A DNA stretch of 64,000 nt, from NCBI GenBank assembly GCA_009602725.1, contig WELB01000002.1:132021-196020 (forward strand), given 5' to 3'. Of this stretch, positions 49,734-60,905 are shown piece after piece. Under the pieces are notes generated by a model. The model did not search any database. It saw nothing but the letters and a program-made list of their open reading frames with translations, and was not told the DNA's origin. Made by a program: the position numbers and the translations under genes. Every line of letters begins with the position of its first letter. Positions within the stretch are counted from its first letter, which is position 1. Source of the stretch: Spirogloea muscicola. Taxonomy: Eukaryota.

Positions 49734-51634
49734 ACTCGGGTGTGGTACCCGATGCTCACCCGGACGGTCTACCTCTTCATCGAGGTGTGGCTCGTACCAT
49801 TTGGATGGAGCCAGGCGCTGAGTCGCCGTACAGACCGATGCGCCGACTGTTTCCTCTCGAATTTTCAGAGATGCAAAGCCAAAATGGATTTGCTAAGGAA
49901 GGGTCATGGGGAGCCTTCTCAGTCGCCGTACGGTGCACCGATCCTCTTCGTGCAGAAATAAGACGGCAGTCTTCGGATGTGCATCGTTGATCGAGCTTCA
50001 AGCAGGCTCACTATCAAGACCGATGCCCTTTGCCACGAGGGCAAAGACGGGATATGCGTCGACCTCAAGACGACTTCGGTCGTACGGGATTGGCCTGTGC
50101 CTCGGAATGTGCCTCAGCTGCAAAATTATCAGGATTTCGCAAATGACTTCCGGAAATTCCTACAAGGGTTTGGAAACTTGGCACTGCCTCTTACGCGGCT
50201 CACTCGTAAGGACGTACCCAGGGATCGTCGTCCGAATGCCAGAGGGCAGTCGAGGAAATCCAACAGGCTCTTACATCTCCGCCTGTACTGCCTTCCTCAA
50301 GAAGGCGTGCCGTATGAACTCATCTGTGACGCCTCGTTGAGCGGCATTGGTTGCCATGCTCTTGTAAGAGGGCCACCCGCTAGCGTTCGAGAGTCGCGTG
50401 CTGATCCCGCAGGCCGAAATACACTACGGGTGCGCAAGAACTGCTGGCTGTGGTGCACGCCATACGCGATTGGCGTTGCTACCTGAAAGGTGTGGACTTT
50501 ATTTAGAGTCACGGATCATTGCCCGTTGACGTACTTCCACTCTCAACAGCAACTGACGAAGCGGTAAGCTCGCTGAGTTGAATAAGAGGCATCATTCCGA
50601 TTCCAGTAGGAGTACCGCCCTGGAACGCTCAATGTTGCGGACCCGGTGAGCCGCAACAACACAGAGGCTGCTGCAGTGCTTGCCTTGATCGCGTTGAAAG
50701 ATGCGGATGCAGGCATGCGTCCTACTCGCGGCACTTGTCGGCGACCGACTGCCAATCTCTTTGATGTGCGTATTCGTGGTGCGTATGGCACAGACCCTTG
50801 GTTTGCAGAGGCAACCAACGTACGCACGCTCTCTGATGACGATGGTTCTTGGTGGCACGGCGACGCCACTGTGATTCGGGACCACAATGCCGTGCGGAGC
50901 ACCATGATGCAGGAGCTGCATGATACGCCATACAGTGGTCATCTGGGAGTCGATAAGACCAAAAAGGCTGTTCATCGCCTTTTTGGTGGCCCAGGCACAC
51001 GCTTTTAACAAAGCTGTGCCACATGCCAGCAAAGCAAGGCAATCTTTGGCGAAGCAGCCGAATTACTTCAGACCCTGAAAATTCCTGAGCGGAATTTGGC
51101 TGATCTGCGTCGAATGGAGATTACACAATTGCCTAAGACGCGGAATGTATCTGATGCCATTGTCGTCTTTGTGGAAAAATTGAGCAAGATGGTACCCTTT
51201 GCTCCAACGACCACGCGTGCTTTGGCGAGGAACTGGCATCTTTGTGGATAAGGTGTGGAAGTTGCATGCCGTACCCGAAATGATGATCTCGGACCGCAAT
51301 CCTAGACTTACGGGTCACTTCTGGAAGTATGCAAGCTTATTGGCACAGAGCAGGCCATGCCCACTGCCTTCCATCCACAAAGCGATGGCCAAACTGAGAG
51401 GATGAATGGGGTTCTGGAGGACATGCTCCGGCATTTTGTCAACCCGAGTCACACTGACTGGGATGAATAGATGGCTCCAGCCGAATATGCAGTGAACCAT
51501 GCCTATCATGAGATCTCCAGAGAGACAACCTTCTTCCTCAAGTATGGTCAGCATTCCCGAGCACCTTCGAAGGTGGGGAGGTCAAAACGCATTCCGGCCG
51601 CTGTCGCCTTTGATTGAACCCTCTTTGGAGGCCC

Positions 51635-52439
51635 TGTAACGTCCCCACCGTTACGTGACGTTTAACCTTGGGTTAAACGCTAACGCGTAGTAACGGCACG
51701 CGGCCCCAGTATCTTTGGCGTGCGACACGTGGGCGACGCGCGACAGTGACGCGTGGCGCGCCGCGGCTCACCGGAGCTGCCGCCGCATGGCCGCCGGGCC
51801 GCCGGGCGGCATGGCCGCCTGGCCGCCTTATGGCCGCCGGGCCGCCAGGCCCGTAGTGACATGCCTGTGACGCGTGTGGCGCTGTGATGCGCCTGACGGC
51901 GCCGCGCCGCGCAGGGCGGCACCACGCGGCGCAGGGCGGCGCCGCCGCCCTCACGGTCGTATCCCCCTTGTCGGGCCCGCCTTCTCGAAGGTGGGCCTTG
52001 AGGCGAGCCTCCCAGAGACCCCTGGGGAGGGTGGCACAGGAAACACTATAAGTAGGGCTGGGACCTGCCTCAGGGCACCGGTCGGAGTCAGTGAAGCCCA
52101 CGCCAGAGAGAGGCGCGCAGCCCTGCTGCCGCCTGCTGCCGCAGCTCGTCCACGCAGGCCTGCTGCTGCCTGCTGCTGCAGCCCGACGCCGCAACCCGTC
52201 CCTGCGGATCTTCCTCGGCTCTTCTGAAGGTGACCTGTGGCTGCTCCCTTCGGGGACAGTTGCTGGCCCGTACCGAGAGGTGAGTCGCCGCCTGTCGGCG
52301 GCGCCTCAGGGCATAGTATTCCGCTGCGTGTGAATGTGGTGCTTCTCTGTGCAGGGGGTTTCGTCTCTAAACCCCAACGACCGAATACAATCAGCCCGTT
52401 CTGACCCTCGACTGTCTGTGAAGGGTCGAGAACGCTTCA
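51635..52439 (+). mobile_element. Solo LTR, family A, without a clean TSD
   Basis: TGTAACG...GCTTCA; flanks GGCCC and GGCGG. Confidence 0.9.
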
Positions 52440-52578
52440 GGCGGGCCCGGCATTTCCTGGCGATTGCCCAGGGGAGCCAGAAGGCCATAAGGACCTTCGA
52501 CGTGGGTGGCTCAAGTACTGTTGAGTACAAAGCACCTAGCCTTGCGGGCAGTGGGTACGCACAAGTTGCTACCCAAGT

Positions 52579-53374
52579 CGTGACGTCCTGATCCCTTTGA
52601 ACGCAGTTAGGGGTTAGTACTTCCTTATTGACTTCGGACCTAGGTGGTTTAAGAAGTACCCCCCTACATAGTGGAGCGCCAAAGCACACGGTGCACTCAA
52701 GTGCATCACATAGCACAGCGGAAGTCTTACCCTGAGGCGTCGCCAGAAGGCAGCGACTTTACAGAGGGTCTGGGATTAGTAGCTTGCCCCAGATGGGCCG
52801 CAACCGTGGCACTTACGGAGAGCCGGCGATGTCCGTAGCGACGGGCTGCGGCGAGGGGCTGGGCAGCAGAGGGCAGCAGCAGAGCTGGGGCGGGGCAAGC
52901 AGGGTTATGCTTTTCTCTGGGCGTCACTGGTCCGACTCAAGAGTCTGGCCTCGGCGTACTACTTATAGCGTTCCACCTGCCACCCCTCCCCCCAGGGTGT
53001 GACGAGGGTAGCCCCAAGGTCCGGCCCCCCGGAGAGCGGACCCGCACAATGGGGATACGACTGGCGCGGGTAGCCCAGATTGGGAATATAGTAGTGAAAG
53101 AAATTCATGTTAGTTCAGTTAGCCCCCAAGGTCCAGCACCTGGAAGAGCGGACCCGCACAACAAGGATGCGGGGGGTGGTACCGCGCGTAGTGCGAGCTG
53201 CGCGTGGCGCGAGCCTGACGAATGGGTTAACAAGTCCAGGGGACTGGCGCGTGCCGCGCGTGACTGGCGCGTGGCGCGCGTGACTGGCGCGTGACGCGCG
53301 TGAAGCGCGCGTGAGGCGCGCGTGAAGCCGTTTACCGGGACAGTTTGGCTCGTTCTAAACGGGGGGACCTTACA
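52579..53374 (-). mobile_element. Solo LTR, family D; TSD CAAGT
   Basis: CAAGT at 52574-52578 and 53375-53379; splits [10 protein letters not shown]; homologous to 22483-23230. Confidence 0.92.
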
Positions 53375-53637
53375 CAAGTGGGTGGGACCTTTCCCCGTGG
53401 TATGCCTCGTTGGCAAGGTGTCCTATAGCTCGGTAAACCGGTACAGTGGAAGACTCACAACGTATTCCACGTGTCCCAGCTGCGGGCCTTCCATTCGGAT
53501 GGCCGCGTCCAACCGCCCCCACCTCCTCTCTTGCTCGAGGATGAGTTTGAAACGAGGTGGAGGAAATCTTGTCACACAGGGACAATCTCGTGGGCGTAAG
53601 ACCCGTGAGTATTTCGTGAAGTGGCTCGGCTATGGCC

Positions 53638-54170
53638 TGACCTCCTGATTGTCTGTGCACGGGAGCGGGGTCATTACATTTGGTATGAGAGGAGCTCTTG
53701 CATCTTCAAGGTCTTGTACTATAATACGGACTGCTGATGCAAGGATCCTCCTGATGCTTTGGCCTGACTTTTTTTCTAAGTTAAAGTGGAAAATATTTGG
53801 GCAGAGCGAGTATGTGGTACTGCAGTCGGGGCGGCAATGGCACTTTTGCTCCCGGCGCCACGACCATTGGCATAGGCTGCCAGATTCCCATTTACACGCG
53901 TACCACGTCTGTCGGCGGATTGCCTACCTAAAAGGAAGTTGAAACCGGCAGCCGCTGTGCGATAAAGCTTAATCCTTCAACCGAGATCGGGTTTGTGCTC
54001 CAGTCTTGGACCTTTTCTGCAGTTTCTTGTCTTCCTTGTCTGTCTTGCTGCTGTTTGGAGGGGCGTCTCAGTGCGCTGTCCTGCTTGTTCGCTTGCTGAT
54101 GCCACCAGATTAGCGGTGTCTTGTATCTCAGCATGGAGACATGATATGCTGACCAGTGAAAGCTGAATAG
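53638..54170 (+). mobile_element. LTR U5 end, degenerate PBS and leader of another chromovirus
   Basis: ...CATTACA TT TGGTATGAGAG at 53672-53691, followed by leader similar to 236-560. Confidence 0.7.
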
Positions 54171-54196
54171 ACCCTGTCATGCCCGTGCGCAAGGGC

Positions 54197-54920
54197 GTTG
54201 TTGTAGCTAGAGGGCGGTTTGGTGTTACCGAGCAGGGGGTCGGATATTTCGAGGTGGGAAGGGGTAGAGAGGGACTCCCTCAGCGGGGAAATCCGTGGGG
54301 TGACTCGCAAGAAAAGGAATGCTGCTGCTCTTATCAAGGGAGCGGCTGTAGAAGCCAGCCAGATGCATGCAGGTGTTCATTGCTGAGCCACAGGCCAGGC
54401 AGACAGGGCGCTCTTCGTACCCCCATGTCAGCAGTAGGAAGCCAGATGAGCTGATGGGAGGAAGAGCAAACCCGTTGCGCAAGCCAGAGGCTGCTGCAAG
54501 GGCGCGACCGGCTCGGCGATGCAAAGCAAGCGCTTGGGACCGCTGTAGGGACATAAATAATTGAATGTGGTAGCAGGACACAAGACCCAAAGGCCGAGCC
54601 TCCAGGAAGTGCTGCACCCTTTTCGCGGTGCCGCTGGTCAGCTTGAGAGGCCAGCAGCGACAGTAACGAGGACCACTGACCCCCGTAACACCCGTGCATG
54701 GCCATGGCCAGGGGGTAAAAGGTATTATCGCCAGTCAGGTGGTCCTTGTCCCTATGTTTTGTTCTGCCACCTTCACAGCATAGCCGGTCTCAGAAATTGT
54801 GCGGGCCTTCTTCCGGAAGCTGTCAGTGAGGACGACGTCCGTGAGGAGCCGCTTGCCCCCTCCCAAGGGGACGCCAACCAGATCGACACGCCTCGTCCGA
54901 GAAACCCCGTTTACCCCCAA
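54197..54920 (-). mobile_element. 3' fragment of a CRE-like non-LTR element (endonuclease end, 3' UTR, short CAA tail)
   Basis: RTRRVDLVGVPLGGGKRLL.DVV, SLQRSQALALHRRAGRAL; inverted paralog of ~55840-56420. Confidence 0.8.
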
Positions 54921-54929
54921 CGCGATCAG

Positions 54930-55230
54930 CTACTGCCAGCGGCAGTCGACATCTTTGGCTGTCTGGGTCCTCGTTTCCACACGCTCCTTCAAAACATTGC
55001 CAATCTAGGCTACACACGACATGCAGATGTGTTTCCGGCTGAGATGGGCTTGCCAGCTGCTTATCTGTCGTTCTTGCGACGACAAGTTTCGGCCTGTTTG
55101 CAGCGCGCTCAGGCTAATGGCTTGCATCAGAAAGCTGGGCGAGCTCTAATGGTGGCAGAAGGGCTTCGTATCTGACATCTAGTATTCAGGCATCGATTAG
55201 CGACCTTTATGTTTTGACCCGTGGTAACTG
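54930..55230 (+). mobile_element. C-terminal fragment of another CRE-like non-LTR ORF
   Basis: PAAVDIFGCLG...QVSACLQRAQANGLHQKAGRAL. Confidence 0.72.
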
Positions 55231-55539
55231 AGCGGGTCAATCTGCTGTAGGTTATGAAGGTCTTTAGATGTGCTTGCCTCTGTACTTGGCCATTTGGCCT
55301 TCGTTTGTTTCAAATACACGAAATATACGTTGCGGAGTTGGACGGGTGAGGGTGCGAGGAAGGGTGCAAAGCGTAAGGGCGGGCCGGAGAGCCCCGAGGC
55401 GCCAGACGCGAAGTCCCAGTACCTACCGCCTTAATCCCCCTCGCTGGGTGGATTCCCGAGATCGGACGTCTCCTCCAAGACGTCCGATCGGATGCTCGAG
55501 GCCAGGCTCGGCTCCTATCTGTTTCGTCTCTGGGAGCGT

Positions 55540-56420
55540 CTGAGTGGCTCCGCGCTTTGCCTTTGCATGCGGGCTTGCGGTTGGATAATGCTTTGTTTTG
55601 CGATGCTATGCGCCGCCGCCTTGGCTTATCATCCCTGTGCTTGGCAGGGGTGACCCAATGTGAATGTGGGCTTATTGAGCAGGGTGCATTGCTCATGGGT
55701 GACCACATGCACAGGTGTGCCAAAGGCAGTGAGCGCACGGGCTCCCACAACCTCCTACTTGACGCCATGTATGGCATCGTCAAGGAGGCGGGATATCAAG
55801 TGGCGTTGGAGAGCACTGAGGTGATGCCCATCCAACTCCGCAATGGGGTCCCTCGGACGAGGCGTGTCGATCTGGTCGGCGTCCCCCTGGGAGGTGGCAA
55901 GCGGCTCCTCATGGACGTCGTCCTCACCGACAGCTTCCGGACGAAGGGCCCCATTACTTCTGCGACCGGCTATGCTGTGAAGGTGGCCGAACGGAAGAAG
56001 CTGCACAAGTACAAGGACCACCCGGCGGGTGATACCTTTTACCCCCTGGCCATGGACATCCTGGGTGTTACGGGGGTCGGTGGTCCTCGTTACTTTCGCT
56101 GCTGGCCTCTCAAGCTGACCAGCGGCGTCGGAAACAGGGTGCTACCCTTCCCGGTGGCTCGGTGCCTTTGGGTCTTGTTTCCTGCTACCGAATGCGTTTA
56201 TCAATGTGCCTACAGCGGTCCCAGGCGATTGCTTTGCATCGCCGGGCTGGTCGCGCCCTTGCAGCAGCCTCTGGCTTGCGCAGCGGGGTTGCTATTCCTC
56301 CCCTCAGCTCATCTGACTTCCTACTGCTGACACGGGGGTATTGAGGGCGCCCTGTCTGCCTAGCCTTTGGCTCCGTCATGAACATCTATATGCATCTGGC
56401 TGGCATTTCACAGCCGATTC
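55540..56420 (+). mobile_element. 5'-truncated CRE-like non-LTR element (zinc motif plus restriction-like endonuclease)
   Basis: WLRALPL...RRRLGL...CECG...DHMHRCAKG.ERT.SH...RRVDL...DVV...AERKKLHKY...FYPLAMD. Confidence 0.88.
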
Positions 56421-56578
56421 TTTAATATCGGACGTCGGAGAGAAGCCATTTCCCGCGCAAGTCCCAGCCGCAGAGTCACCTGGGGGTCCCAGCCGCCGCC
56501 GCCGCCGGTCGAGTGCGGTACAGCGTTGGTCGGGAGGGTACGGCGGGTGCCGCGGAGGCACCCTCTCCTTCGCTCTTA

Positions 56579-57660
56579 AGAAGAAGAAGGGCTCGCCCAT
56601 TGAGAATATGGGCTGGAACAGCCAGCCCAAAAAAGAATGAACAGAGTACAAGAAGAGGGGGGGGGAAGCCAGGCGAAGCCCTAAGGCGAAGCAGCAGAAA
56701 TGACAAGCACACAAGAAAAAACAAAGCAGCTACTAACCACTCAGTAACCCCTGCTAAGCAGGCGCAGGTCGGAGAGGCTATGCTCCTGGAAGTATGTCCC
56801 CTGGCCAGAGCCAGAGGCAGCAGCAAGGGCTCGGCCAGCACGCAGGTGCAGCGCACGGGCCATGGACCTCTGCAGCGAGACGGCCAGGCGCATGCGATAC
56901 ACCTGGGCCAACGACCCGGCGGCGGGGAAGTCCACCGGCTCCCCATGGAAGCGGCGGGCAACGGCGTGACGAGCAAGTTGGTGGAGCAGTTCGAGCCACC
57001 GAGCACCCAACGCCCCATGGGTGTCGATAGCCAGAGGGAAGAACGCGTCGGCTGGCGGATGGTCGGCGTACTTGGTCACCTTTGCGCGAGCGGCGCCTTC
57101 GACCGCATACCCAGCCTGGGTGGCACACTGGACTGGGTGGGAGCGGTCGAAGGCGTCGGTGGTCACCACGTCCAGGAGAAGACGTGGCCCGCCGGCCTGT
57201 GGGGTGGCCACCAGGTCGACTCGCCGGCCGTGGACACCGTCGGCCCTCTCCTGTAGCGGCATGACGCCGGAGTGCTCCGCAGCCACCGAGAAGCCCGCCT
57301 CCGCCAGGATGCCATGCATGGCATCGCGGAGGCGGTCGTGGGCCGCCGTCCGCTCGCCGCCGTGAGCGCAGCGCAGGACGTGGGCGGCTAGCTCCCCAGA
57401 CTCGGCCCCTCGCTCGCCGCATGCACATTGTCGCACGCCCTGGAGACAAGGAGGCGGCAAGCCCAGGAGCCTGTGGACTGCAGTACGGAAGACCTCATCG
57501 AGAAGCGTGAGGGCGTCGGTGAGGGCGTCTTAGGCCCCTTCGAACCTTTGTCAATTCGTTTGGGCTGGCTTTTCGCAGCCCTTGCCCCCATTGGGAGTAC
57601 CACTTCTTCTCCTGGCTACCCTGGCCAGGGGCCGACGCGGCGAGAGATGCCCCGGCGCGG
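56579..57660 (-). mobile_element. 5'-truncated CRE-like non-LTR element with open endonuclease domain, 3' UTR and (CTT)n tail
   Basis: ORF 56741-57460 (CACG...HVLRCAHGGERTAAHD...RRVDL...KVTKY) is close to 31700-32421; ends ...GAGCCCTTCTTCTTCTT. Confidence 0.9.
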
Positions 57661-58127
57661 TGGAAGAAAGGGCTCGCCCATTGAGGATAGGGGCTGGACA
57701 AGCCAGCCCAAAAAAGAATGAACAAAGAACGAGAAGGGGGCCAGAGGAAGCCAGAGGAAGCGCTAAGAAACCAAAGCAGACAACAGCGGTGGAGCACGCC
57801 CGAGCGAGCGAGGCAAGGAGGCACCTTCTGATGTTGAGCTGCTCAACGCTCTTAGCTGCTCAACTCTGTTCATTCTTTTTCGGGCTGGTTGTTCCAGCCC
57901 CTATTCTCAATGGGCGAGCACTTTCTTCTTAGGCCCCTTCGAACCTTTGTCAATTCTTTTGGGCTGGCTTTTCGCAGCCCTTGCCCCCATTGGGAGTACC
58001 ACTTCTTCTGATGGCCAGACGGCCTGGGCGCGGCAGCAGGAGGAGCAGAAGAAGTGGCACTCCCAATGGGGGCAAGGGCTGCGAAAAGCCAGTCCAAAAA
58101 GAATTCACAAAGGTTCAGAGGGGCCTA
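57531..58127. repeat. Cluster of five short copies of non-LTR 3' ends in both orientations
   Basis: Type 1 at 57531-57610(+), 57930-58009(+), 58047-58127(-) match 32487-32557; type 2 at ~57663-57830(-) and ~57845-57930(+) match 56579-56700. Confidence 0.85.
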
Positions 58128-58659
58128 AATGCGGTGAGCAGCAGGGGAGCAGGGCCACCTCCCCCCCGATGCCCTTCACACGGGTGGCGCAGGGCGCGGA
58201 CGGGCCAGCTGCTGTTCACCTGCAGCCTGCGGTGGCCCGGGAGGTCGCCAAGCGCGTCACCGCCCAGCACCTCGCTGCTGCTCTCATGCGCACGCCACCG
58301 CTGTCGCTGGCTGATGTGGGGCTCTCTGAGGCACTTCTTCAGCAGCACCTTGCGGGCGTGATGGAGGACGACGGGGTGCTGCACCCCCCAAGGCCGCGCG
58401 GGGGGCAGACCCCCCCATTGTCCCAGCACACACGGGGCTTCCCAGAGGGCCCCTGCATGTCGCTTCAATCTGAGCCTGCACCCATTGACTGTCCTGGCGT
58501 GGGGGAAGTTGATGTGCTGCCTGCACCAGCTGCTGCGGCATCCCTGGGCGCGGAGCCGGCGGCAGTGGCGCAGCGGCAAGCTCCAAGCACCCGTGTCTTG
58601 CGGGCTGGCCATGCAGGGGGGAGCCCGTCCCTTCCCAAGCGGCGGGTGGCAAGCGTGTG

Positions 58660-60050
58660 GGGGTCATCCCCAACGTGGCACTCGTGGACAACCAGCACAA
58701 GTCCATCACCTTGAACGGCAAAGGCGCCATGGCGGGTGATGCTGGACACAGGCGCGCACACGGTGCTGCTGGGCCGCAGCATGGTGCGGCTGCTGGGACT
58801 GCGGGCGCATGACCTGCAACCGATCACCCATCGCGATCAAGACAGCGACGGGAGGCGTCTTGGCGGGCCTTCGGCAGACGCGGGAGCCGATCTGTATTAC
58901 CCCTCAACCATGGCGGTGCTGACGAGGTCAGCCAGCGCCTCCGCTGCCTGGTGACGGAGGCCACAACCTACGAAGTCTTGCTGGGGACGGAATCTTGTAT
59001 CCTTGCGGCACGAGTGTGGACCTCCGGGAGGAACGGGGAGCTACCGCCCGGGGTGCGCATACGGGGAAGGCCCCGCAAGGTGGAGTTTCTGCTGCAATTG
59101 GTGGCGGCAGCAGATGCAGAGGCAGGCTTCGCCTGCCACGGCGGAGCGGCATGGGTGGGCAGCAATCTGCTGTCCATGCCGCAGGAGGAGGCGGCTACCA
59201 GGCCCCTGGCGGCCATGCGGCAGGGGGCTGCTGTCGCTGGCCACGGGGCCACGGTGCATGCGGGGCAGGCGGAGGAGCTGGTGACCGCGCGTGGGGGCAG
59301 CTGTCCTTGGTGGCGCAGGAGCTGCCAGCGTGCCCGCCGGAGGTAGTGCAGCTGCACGGGGAGCCGCCGGTGGACAGCACAGTCATCGAACGGGCGATCC
59401 CAGACAGTGTGGTCGTCCTAGTGGAGTTCTTTGGCGGCATCGCGACCGGGCTGGCAGCGGTGCTGGCCAAAGGCGTGCATGTAAAGCGGTGTGTGTATGT
59501 TGACCCTGATCCGGTGGCTCAGGCGGCAGCAGCGCACCACATCCGGTCGCTGTTGGACCAGTACCTGGAGCTGCTGACCCGGGAGGCCACCAAGGGGTAT
59601 CTCACCACCCTGCAGGCCGACATCCAGCTGGTGGGCCCACAGCACCTGGGGCGGCTGGGGCAAGTGGACCTCGTGGTGGCAGAGGCTAGGAGTGCCAGGG
59701 GCACTCCAGCGCTGGCAAAGGCCGCGGGTTGGCAACCCATCGCACACAGCTCTTTTTGGAGCTGGAGCGGGTCTTGGCGCTGCTGCAGGGGAGGCAGGAG
59801 ATACCACTGGCATATGTGCGGGAGAACATGGATGTGGGGGAGGAGCTGTTGGAGGAGGAGTGGAAGCAGTTCTTGGAGCTGCTGGAGAAGCACAGCGCGA
59901 CTTTTGCATTTAATGTGGCGGAGCTGGGCACCTGCAAGCGTGCGGACATGGCGATTGAGCTGACCATTGAGGAGCCGGTGTATCGCAAGGAGGCATTGGC
60001 TCAGCCTGGTGGAGTGCGCTCTCCTGCAGGCGTGCTGCGAGGAGTAGCGG
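58660..60050 (+). mobile_element. Relic Ty3/Gypsy polyprotein: protease, C5 DNA methyltransferase and start of RT
   Basis: VMLDTGA at ~58736-58756, TYEVLLG, DNMT motifs, then LLEKHSATFAF...ELG...IEL..EEPVYRK pre-RT segment. Confidence 0.8.
59400..59835 (+). pseudogene. C5-cytosine DNA methyltransferase domain (N-terminal motifs only), disrupted
   Basis: Motif I VEFFGGIATG; motif II/III YVDPD...DI; motif IV VDLVVA-G(W>stop)ECQGHSSAG with a frameshift at ~59682; motif VI YVRENM at ~59813-59830. Confidence 0.85.
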
Positions 60051-60129
60051 TCCGTCTTGGTTACCTCCAGGGAGAAAGCGAATTACCGCCTGCGCTACAG
60101 CATGGGCGTGGAGGTAGTAGTCGCCCATG

Positions 60130-60590
60130 CCGTCTGGCCATCCCGGCGTCTACCACCTCCACGCCCATGGCGAAGCGCAGGCGGTGATCTGCCTCCTCAT
60201 CGTCCCTCCTCCTCCGGTCTGTCTGCGCCACCATGGCGCTGGCTGCCAGCATGGCCCGCAACTCAGCAATATCTGCCTTGACCAGCTCCAGCTTGGTGCG
60301 CGACGAGCTGGCCTGAGCAGCGGCTGGCGCCTGCCTATCCCTCCCATGTGCGACTGCCGCAGCCAAGATCTTGGCAGCTCGAGGCGCCACATGCGCCTGC
60401 AGGTGCGCCGGCCGTTGCTCAGGATGGAGGGTCCAGCACGCGTCCGCACCATGACCAGTCCTGCCGCAGTGCGCGCACCGCATGCTGCCCCCGTGTGGGC
60501 AATCCCGCTGGACATGTCCTAGCTGGTTGCATGTGAAGCAGCGGATGGCGCCAGCCGGCCCGGCTGGCACGATCACCGCAGAAGTGTTCT
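60130..60590 (-). pseudogene. gag: Gag fragment with two CCHC zinc knuckles
   Basis: CFTCNQLGHVQRDC and CAHCGRTGHGADAC. Confidence 0.82.
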
Positions 60591-60905
60591 GTTTGGCATT
60601 ATTCAATAACTATGTCTTTTTATGTCCGCGCAAGATTTATCCCCTGAGTTATTGCCTGAGTTATCATAACCCTGTCCTTAGCCGCGCACTGATGTTCTCG
60701 GGGTGGTAGTCTGCATTGCCATAAATTTCCAACACTGCAGCAGGGCGAGTGAGCAAGGGGCTATTGGAGCAATGTAGGCTCCTGTTATGAGACTGTACCG
60801 ACCTTGCAGGTTAAGTCTCCACCTCTGAAGTGTCGCGCATGATCATTGCTCTTGCTCGGATAAATTAGCCAAGGGAGAAATAGCTGCTAACGAGCATTTA
60901 CTAAA

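Larger units (their letters stand above)
33735..53640 (+). mobile_element. Old degenerate chromovirus internal region hosting five later insertions
   Basis: gag 33735-34330; extra domain and protease 42700-43630; RT/RH/INT 49739-51634; GPF split at 52579; chromodomain 53550-53640. Frames resume across the TSD-flanked insertions. Confidence 0.8.
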
